A DNA stretch of 63,794 nucleotides, filler included, from Stramenopiles sp. TOSAG23-3 (Eukaryota): assembly GCA_900128585.1 (NCBI GenBank). It is 9 parts of 9 records of this genome, joined end to end, with 100 filler letters (N's around TTAATTAATTAA, not from the genome) between each part and the next. Parts side by side here need not be neighbours in the genome. Positions count along the whole stretch, not along the records: positions 54,808 to 62,518 come from LT643111.1; positions 62,619 to 63,794 come from LT646322.1; 7 more parts are not named here. One strand, written 5' to 3'. Below are positions 56,345 to 63,794 of the stretch, piece after piece. The stretch's first letter is position 1, and each line of letters begins with the position of its first letter. The notes below the pieces were generated by a model. That model searched no databases. It was not told where the DNA came from and was given only the letters and a program-made list of their open reading frames with translations. A program made the position numbers and the translations under genes.

Positions 56345-59300
56345 TCACACGCATTCATGACGCTTCCACCCACCTTCTGATCTTTTGCAATCATTATGTT
56401 TCCAAATATGTTTTCTACAGCATTTACCCTCTGTCCCACAAAACGCACAAGTTCCCCATTTTTTGTTGCACTCAGTCCAACAGCCCTTTCCTTTGTTTCT
56501 TTTCTTAAGAATGTTCTTACCTTCTTCTTGTGTGCCATGCTTTTCGCTTCCCGCTAACAACTGCGCGCTCCTATCCTTCTTCGTACAATTTTTGAAAAAT
56601 CTGATTGCATCCTGTTCACGTTTCAAGAGTTTCTCTTTATCGTCGATGAAGAGATAGTTTTGCAGCGCATTCAAGATTATTTTAACAATTCCTTTTGCGT
56701 AAAATTGCATGCAGAGACCTTTACGAAGTTGTCTCAGAACAATATATTCAAAGCCTTTTTTATCAATTTCACCTAGTACACCGCTCTGAAACAGAGTTTC
56801 TAAGATTGCTTGCAAATTCTTCTCCAAAAAAGGTCTCACAGTGTTCTCCATAAATATTTTGTAACCTTCTATTAATTTTTCTTTTTTAAAGTTGCACACA
56901 TTGAAATATTCTCCATAAATTGGCAAGAAACGCAAGTGTGTCCCTCTCCGTACCTTATTCTCCACGTATTTCTCCAGGGACTCATGGTCATAAGGTTGCG
57001 ACTTGAGCAGTCTGGTCCTCTGCCCTTCAATATCATTTTTGAGCTTAGGGGGGAAGGCATCTAAGGACCCCTTATCAAGAACCAGATCTTGCAGATCCTG
57101 CAGATCCTGGATCTGCTGTGGATCTGCACTCTCTGCTTCAAGTCTGTACCTCAAAGGCTTATATTCCAGTTCACGGAATAAGCCTAACCCTTTTTTTCGA
57201 TACTTATAATCCAAATGGTGTTTTACATACCGCTCATCCAGTCCTTTACAACGAACATATTTTAATATGGTTCGAGTCACAGTGTCTAAAGACATACTTT
57301 CATTCCATTTCAGTCCCTTATTTTCAAAGAATTTTTTCAATTCTTCGGTGATGGGATGTTTCACAAACTTTTTTTCTTTCTCTTTTAATATAGATATGTC
57401 TAGATCCTCTTTTCCTTCTTCATCCAGCTTCCAGTCAAAATTCTCGGACCACTTTATATCTTCCGAAAACGAACCAACTAAACTTATATTCATACCTTTT
57501 AACGCCTGTTTCGATGCCATTTCCCCTAACCTTTTCCCTAGCCCCCAAACCGAACACGTACGCTTTACACTTTCATGCTTGTGCTTTGTTGTGAATGCAG
57601 CGGTCCTTCCTGGGCAAATGCCGTCCTTTTCCAATAGTTTTTTTTCATCAAGTGGTGGTGATAACGATTCCGTTCCAGCCAAAACGTTTGAAATGGCATT
57701 TGCTTTGCTCAATATTTCAAACGAATCAATGTATCCGCTCATGGATTTTTCCAATGCAATAATTGGCAATTTTTTAAACCCTAATGGCAATATAAACTTT
57801 AGTGTGAATTCATGGCCTTCTCTTATGCCAAAATATTTGTTGTTGACAGTTGTTACTTTCTTAGTAAGATAGCAGTATTTCTCTGCATTTTTGTCTTCAC
57901 ATTTCACGACCTTCAACAATGTATCTGTGTCCATGCTACCCTTAAATATTTGGCGCTCGTGGAATGCCATGTATTTGTACCCGTTGTCATTGTGTTCAAA
58001 TAGTTCACAGATACTATTTTTCGCTGCCATAAAGTCGTCGTGCATCAAACTAACAATAGTCGGCTTTGGTCCATCCTTATATTTTTCTTGAAGATAAAAC
58101 ACACTTGCAGAAATGCCAGTGTTATCTGTATATGCACCGTCGATCAAGGCGACCTGGTGATTCCCTTGGTGGTGGCCTGTGCTCTCACCTAGGTTAGGGT
58201 TTGGAAAACTAAACCCGTACATTTCAGGGTTAACAAATACACTCTTTTTCACATCCTCGCCTTTGTTCATGAAAGCTTCAATAAAACTGTGGAGTGCGCT
58301 GTCTATCGCTTCGGTTTGGGTTTTCGAGCAACCTACACATCCAAACATACCTTTTTTTTTATCTGTGGAAACAAATGTGATGTCGTTGAACATTTTTCTT
58401 GACATTCCTAAACCCGCAAAAGCACTAGAGGCCGCACTCATTGCACTGGGATCTTCAGCCCACTTACTTTTATAGTATTCTTGGACCATTGTTACGATAT
58501 CGGTTCCTGTGATTTTGCGCTCTGCCAGTGAATTCCCGTCCTTTTCGTCAAATTTATGAGTTTTGCACGTAGGCTGCGTAGCGCTGTCTGATGTTGATGC
58601 GCTGTCTAGTGTCAATTCCAATTCTATTGTTGACAATTTACACTCAAGACCCTTGTAAAAAAACGGTATTTTCACATCTATTTCTGTGTCGCCTTTTGTA
58701 TTGTTGAGGGTAACATAAACAGGAAGCGCAGACGGCATTTTCTTATCCCCGCAAGATATAATGTATTCATACATCTTTTCTTCTTTTTTAAAAGCTGCTG
58801 ATGTTAACAAGGACACTTGCTGTCTCCATATTCCATTTCTTTCTATGTTCGCTTCCCACTTGTCTTTTTCACTCCCCGTAGGGAACACTCGGTGTTTTAT
58901 CCAGTCGACCCACAACCTCTTTTTTGGCCCATAAACTTCCAGCACATGGTCCAGTAGGAATTCCCAAATCATTTCCAGACCCCATGCTCCTTCCCCGGCC
59001 GAGGCCATAGACATCGATGTAGATATCGCAGCAAGAAGAAATTTTTGTTTATTCACTAATTTTTGTTTATTCACTTCATCTCGTTTCATCTCGTTTTCAT
59101 CCAAGGCGTCGTCGCTCCCAGGACAACTTATTTTATTCTTCAAATCTTCAAATTTTTTGTCTTTTGCATCATGGCCGCTCATTAAGTCAACCCATTTTTT
59201 AAGCTCGGCATTTCCCTTTGGATACCCTCCTTTCAGAAATACGCGGTTCATGAGCCACGAAGATCCTGAGTTGGTAGCAATGAATTCGGCGTCTTCCAAT

Positions 59301-59626
59301 AAACTAGTCAGCCCTGCTCCGTTCTTATACCCCTCAATGAACGCCAGCAACCCTATCGCGGCCCTTGTGCCTCCCCCAGAGGATGCCAGCACAAATTTTG
59401 GGACACTCTGCTGCTCGCCGTCAGAGGAAAAGATCTCTTGCTCTGGCGGCGAGGTCTTTTCCTCTGCCAACGTCTCTTGTTTGGGAGGCAACAGTGTATT
59501 TTGTTCTGGTACCGTACGCTTTCCTTTCCTTTTCCTTTTCCAAAATCGGAAGGACTCACCTGTCGTTACCTTATGAGCAACAACGACGCAAAATAGGAGG
59601 AACGCAAACAACTTAAAACGATGCAT
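56345..59626 (-). CDS. Secreted cPLA2/lysophospholipase (patatin-superfamily) lipase-like protein with a C-terminal Cys-rich module
   Basis: Signal peptide; SSGGGTRAA oxyanion motif; ATNSGSSWL nucleophile Ser motif; LIDGAYTDNTG catalytic Asp motif; terminal CWTECNKKWGTCAFCGTEGKCCRK...GGWKRHECV. Confidence 0.75.
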   Translation of the reverse strand: MHRFKLFAFLLFCVVVAHKVTTGESFRFWKRKRKGKRTVPEQNTLLPPKQETLAEEKTSPPEQEIFSSDGEQQSVPKFVLASSGGGTRAAIGLLAFIEGYKNGAGLTSLLEDAEFIATNSGSSWLMNRVFLKGGYPKGNAELKKWVDLMSGHDAKDKKFEDLKNKISCPGSDDALDENEMKRDEVNKQKLVNKQKFLLAAISTSMSMASAGEGAWGLEMIWEFLLDHVLEVYGPKKRLWVDWIKHRVFPTGSEKDKWEANIERNGIWRQQVSLLTSAAFKKEEKMYEYIISCGDKKMPSALPVYVTLNNTKGDTEIDVKIPFFYKGLECKLSTIELELTLDSASTSDSATQPTCKTHKFDEKDGNSLAERKITGTDIVTMVQEYYKSKWAEDPSAMSAASSAFAGLGMSRKMFNDITFVSTDKKKGMFGCVGCSKTQTEAIDSALHSFIEAFMNKGEDVKKSVFVNPEMYGFSFPNPNLGESTGHHQGNHQVALIDGAYTDNTGISASVFYLQEKYKDGPKPTIVSLMHDDFMAAKNSICELFEHNDNGYKYMAFHERQIFKGSMDTDTLLKVVKCEDKNAEKYCYLTKKVTTVNNKYFGIREGHEFTLKFILPLGFKKLPIIALEKSMSGYIDSFEILSKANAISNVLAGTESLSPPLDEKKLLEKDGICPGRTAAFTTKHKHESVKRTCSVWGLGKRLGEMASKQALKGMNISLVGSFSEDIKWSENFDWKLDEEGKEDLDISILKEKEKKFVKHPITEELKKFFENKGLKWNESMSLDTVTRTILKYVRCKGLDERYVKHHLDYKYRKKGLGLFRELEYKPLRYRLEAESADPQQIQDLQDLQDLVLDKGSLDAFPPKLKNDIEGQRTRLLKSQPYDHESLEKYVENKVRRGTHLRFLPIYGEYFNVCNFKKEKLIEGYKIFMENTVRPFLEKNLQAILETLFQSGVLGEIDKKGFEYIVLRQLRKGLCMQFYAKGIVKIILNALQNYLFIDDKEKLLKREQDAIRFFKNCTKKDRSAQLLAGSEKHGTQEEGKNILKKRNKGKGCWTECNKKWGTCAFCGTEGKCCRKHIWKHNDCKRSEGGWKRHECV

Positions 59627-60638
59627 TTCACTAAAATCTGTTTCGTTTCGTTTCCGACCGTAAACGCACGCTTATCCTAAACAACAGTTATTTGAAAAAT
59701 ATTTTTAAGGATCTGGATATATCTCCCCTTTTCGTTTGCCAAACTTTTGCACATTAATGAAAGAGTGACAGAGAATAGTGTTAAGTATATTATTTATCCC
59801 ATTTCGACTTTACCATATTCTCCCTTCAGAAGCAAAGGCGATTACATACACATGCTTATTATCCTTCATCATTACATAAGCTAATACTATTTAATAATTT
59901 CATTTATTATTTACTAACTCTGTACTATACTTGCTTTCCCCTCGTTCATTATTAATATTGACCCCCCCCCTTTTTTTTTTTTTTAATCCCAACGACTTTC
60001 CTTCATCATATACCCTCGTATGCTCGTATGAATGGAGATACGAGTATATTCGTCCGTAGGTTGTATTAATATGCATGGTATTAATATGTTAATGTACTAG
60101 AGATATCATTGTTACTCTATATTCTTCACACATACCAAAACCAAACTAGCCGAATAAAAAATCCCTTTATTTATTCTTTTTTATTCTTTTACTTTGCAAC
60201 TAATAATTTTGAGCGGGACACTGCTGTTATATTTAACGCCAGAAATTATTAATAATGAAGATTACAAAATTAACAAAGAACAGCATGGACGATTATTGGA
60301 AAAAAAATTTTAAATTATATTTTTTGTAAGGAAGAATAATATCCTAATTATTGTTTTCTTCCGCTCTTAAAAGTATTATCAGAAAAACATACCACCCAAA
60401 AGGAGGAGTATATCAATAATATATTATATATAATAAAAAAACTAATTATATATATCACAATCATCATTTTATATTACTAATAAAGAAAGATGGCATCTAG
60501 AACCACTTTATATGGAGAAAAATCTATGTTTGTGTATTAAAGATTCTGCGAAAAAAAACTGGTGATCAACATTAAGCAGGTAGAGGAGTATTTCGTCTGC
60601 CAGCCTACTTACAAATATATTCAAACCTGAGTTTGAAC

Positions 60639-62126
60639 ATGACGAGAGAAAGTCGAAACTCGTGGAGGCGTCAGAGCATAACGATTTTAGGGAAAAATAT
60701 CGAACAAAGCGTCGAGTTGCAGAAGCGGGTATTTTTAGGGCAGCGTGTAATTATCTTGTGCGCCTCCCTTGCATTGTTGTGCTTTTCTGTAAACACTGCA
60801 TTCTTCGCTTATGGCAACGTGTTTCTTCAAGTTTGTCTCGTTTTAAATTTTCTGGGGATATGCGTTGGCTTTGGTTTACTGTATTATGGCAACGTATCTC
60901 TTGTAATTTTACGCAAGCTTTCTCGTGAGCCATATGTTTGGATCGTCTTTACCCTTGCGTTATCGAACATGATAATTGACTGTGCAATGCCTGTCAATGG
61001 ATTTACTCCAATAGGTGGGACGATCTATTTTATATCGGTTTGTTTGACTCTAACGTTTGATGTAGTAAATACCAAGTCTAGGGCGCTCACAGTGGGCACA
61101 GCGATAGTTTTCATGCTGGTCACGCTTTGGAACATTTTGCGGCAGTTCGTTGGCACTGTTGATGCGGGGGTAGTGCTTCTTAAGTACGGAGAAGGTAACG
61201 TCCTTTATAGGAATTCTGTAAAGCGATCAATTTATATCGAAATCTGTTTATTTACCGTAGAAGGTATATGGACATTAATCAGTGACAAAAAAATAGAAAA
61301 ATTTATGTTCATTAAAGCATCAATATACAGGGAAACGCAAACGGAAGAGGGCCGAACGAACGTTGGTACAACCCAAGGCGGTTCAACATTAAATCTAGAC
61401 CAAGTCGATGGGAAAAGAAGATTCAGTCTTATTTTGGGGCAGAGGATCCTCGTTGTTTCCATGTTTCTCTGTTCCATATTATTTCTCTGGAACGCACTTT
61501 GTTGCAACTATGGGAACGTTTTCCTTTTTGTCGGACTTTTCGTTTCTTTTGGTATAGGCCTTTTTGGAATGGGGTCAGTTTTGTACAGAAATATAGCGCA
61601 CTCTTTACTTGCAAAACTGGTTCGAGATATCAATTTTTACATGGTCGTCTCTGCTGGATTGCTTAATTTCATTATTGACTGCACCATGCCAGACAGGATG
61701 ATTTCTCCATTCAACAGTCTTTTTTACCTCACAGCTATTCTAGTCTTTGTGTCCATGGATATAGTAAAAACAAAATCAAGGCCAATGATACTAACAATGG
61801 GTACCTTTTTTCTTGCGCTCGTTTTGTGGAACATTTGTAACCAAATCTTTGGTACAGACGACGGAGTTATCGTCGTGACATTAGGGGAAAAAAACGTTAT
61901 ATACAGGCGGTCGATAAGAAGAACCATTCATATTCAAATTTTTCTATTTTGTTTTGAAGGACTGTTAACCTTGTTTACGGATCGACACATGATGAAATTA
62001 ATGTTTCTTAAATCACCTGTATATCGAAAAACAGGTACCACCTCAAAAGAAGTCGAACTAGAAAGTTTTGTGGAACAACGAATGACAGAAATGCAACAAC
62101 GAATGACAGAAATGCAGAGAATATGA
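60639..62126 (+). CDS. Multi-pass membrane protein built from two homologous halves
   Basis: LGQR...YGNVFL...IIDCxMP...KTKSR/NTKSR...LWNI...EGxxTL...MFxKxxxYR occurs twice. First ATG at 60639. Confidence 0.85.
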   Translation: MTRESRNSWRRQSITILGKNIEQSVELQKRVFLGQRVIILCASLALLCFSVNTAFFAYGNVFLQVCLVLNFLGICVGFGLLYYGNVSLVILRKLSREPYVWIVFTLALSNMIIDCAMPVNGFTPIGGTIYFISVCLTLTFDVVNTKSRALTVGTAIVFMLVTLWNILRQFVGTVDAGVVLLKYGEGNVLYRNSVKRSIYIEICLFTVEGIWTLISDKKIEKFMFIKASIYRETQTEEGRTNVGTTQGGSTLNLDQVDGKRRFSLILGQRILVVSMFLCSILFLWNALCCNYGNVFLFVGLFVSFGIGLFGMGSVLYRNIAHSLLAKLVRDINFYMVVSAGLLNFIIDCTMPDRMISPFNSLFYLTAILVFVSMDIVKTKSRPMILTMGTFFLALVLWNICNQIFGTDDGVIVVTLGEKNVIYRRSIRRTIHIQIFLFCFEGLLTLFTDRHMMKLMFLKSPVYRKTGTTSKEVELESFVEQRMTEMQQRMTEMQRI

Positions 62127-62431
62127 TATAGGCCAGCTGAGAGTAGTATGAACTTTTGTTTGGTTTCTCAGTTTTCCTTATTGTATCTTTTGCAACTATT
62201 GTTAACCCGGTATTAATACGAGGTACAGGAGTAGTAGTCCCTATTATAATATTATTATATATTATATCTTCTTTTTTTTTCTTCTTCTTCCTCTTCTTCT
62301 TTCTTCTTTTTACTTCTTTTCTTCTTCTTCTTTCTTCTTCAAAAAAAATTTTTTTTTTTTTTGATTGTTGTTGTTGAGTTGTTGTTTATTATTTATATTA
62401 TTTTATTTTCCAAGTGATTCATGTCGCATTT

Positions 62432-62518
62432 TAAAATTATTTTGGAAACCAACCCAATGATATGCCTATGTTATAAAATTATTTTGGAAACCAACCCAAT
62501 GATATGTCTATGTTATAA
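62432..62518. repeat. Tandem repeat of about 42-43 nt at the contig end
   Basis: AAAATTATTTTGGAAACCAACCCAATGATATGYCTATGTTAT x2. Confidence 0.9.
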
Positions 62519-62829
62519 NNNNNNNNNNNNNNNNNNNNNNNNNNNNNNNNNNNNNNNNNNNNTTAATTAATTAANNNNNNNNNNNNNNNNNNNNNNNNNN
62601 NNNNNNNNNNNNNNNNNNGAATAGCAAGGGTGGCGCTTGCTAAAAATATTATATTTACCTCTTACCTCATCGGTAATTATTCCTTTTATTGGAGTTAATT
62701 GACGACATAAAATCCTCTTTTGAGAGTATTGTTATTTTATTAAAATACGCGCGTACACATTTTTTAATATTTTTTTTATATAATTATTATACGAAGCGAC
62801 GAAGCGTAATTATAAATTATTTTATTTAA

Positions 62830-63708
62830 GATCCACGGTGTCTAATATCTAGACCTTTCAGGGTACTAAAACGTAAAAAGCTATATATTTAACATTACGT
62901 ACTATAGAGTGTATTTTTAATGGTATTTATATGCTATTTCTACATATTTTTAAGCTCTTTCCGTATGATCATGTCTCTGAGGAGCAAAAAATTTTCAATG
63001 GCATAGTTTTCAAAACTAGATCGATTCACTATCTATAATTTTATGCCGGAAATCGTCATATAATCGTTTATAGGTTCAGAGGGTTTTTAAACACGAAAAT
63101 GAAAAAATACGAGTTTTAGAAGAACCATGCCCTTCAAAAAAAAATATTAAAAAGTTAAACACAAACATTTTTATGCGCACACTTTTTTCTCTGTTCCAAA
63201 TTTCCGATAGAAACCGGGATAACGGCCTAACCTATAAAGAATCATGTCAGCTAGCGTTTGCAAAAAGAATTAGGCATGTATCTAAAGAAATGGCGAAAAC
63301 TATGCCATTGAAAATTTTTTGATGCTTGAAATGGTGTATTATTATAGTGCGTTGGAAGCTATTTTTGGTGAAAAATGATACAAATTGAAGAAAATATAAA
63401 GTTGTTATACTTTATATTATCATAGATATTAAAACTAACCAGGTGGAGAATCTAAAACATTATTATATAATATTAATTAATTAATAAACATTAAAATATA
63501 TAACGATATGTATATATTTTATCTTGTATTAATTTATTTCTACCTACCATTTTCAACAACAAAACACATGTTTTTCAATAAAAAGTAGAAATATATATGT
63601 TAAAGTGGTATAAATGTATAGTTTAGAATACTAAATATTGTACTTAAATATACGCTATTATATTTTAGGATTTACGTTTTCGGGTCTAAATATTAGACAC
63701 CGTGGATC
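62830..63708. mobile_element. Non-autonomous DNA transposon (MITE) with TTAA flanks, Kolobok-like
   Basis: 26-bp TIR GATCCACGGTGTCTAATATCTAGACC (62830-62855) against GGTCTAAATATTAGACACCGTGGATC (63683-63708), one mismatch. TTAA on both sides (62826-62829, 63709-63712). No ORF inside. Confidence 0.85.
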
Positions 63709-63794
63709 TTAATATATTAAAATTTAATAAAATATAATAAAGCCTCACCGCTATCGAATGAACTGAATGAACCTGACGTCCAGCGCGTTCAACG

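Noticed and set aside
63741..63794. Possible 3' end of a minus-strand gene at the window edge
   Set aside because: Only about 14 codons visible; unsupported.

Overview
Eukaryotic DNA from a flagellated/ciliated microbial eukaryote, since it carries TTLL1 and an NPHP1-like gene. A stramenopile-type marine protist MAG/SAG is plausible but is only my inference. The window is not one locus: it is nine contigs (eight of about 7.7 kb in decreasing size order, plus the start of a ninth) joined by artificial 100-nt N44-TTAATTAATTAA-N44 spacers, so gene order across spacers means nothing. Genes are compact and almost all intronless. Recognisable genes: dymeclin, POLE3/DPB4, a TLC-domain protein, FERM-IQ, an LRR protein, an EF-hand/Tudor-like/NPHP1 protein, a frameshifted BUD23, a SET-domain methyltransferase fused in frame to ADAT2, a DUF229-like pseudogene, a TPR-IQ-SFI1-like-LRR protein, a 7-exon EF-hand gene, a PA-domain membrane protein, a DUSP-SAP-MYND USP, TTLL1 and a secreted cPLA2/patatin-like lipase. 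Main leads: (1) the SET-ADAT2 fusion; (2) promoter-side intergenic patches with an ApT->GpT/ApC substitution signature, including microsatellites caught half-converted; (3) a sense-oriented motif downstream of stop codons that appears to have been inserted into older DNA at one site; (4) a TTAA-flanked Kolobok-like non-autonomous element with a nested perfect inverted repeat; (5) three mutually similar introns around micro-exons.
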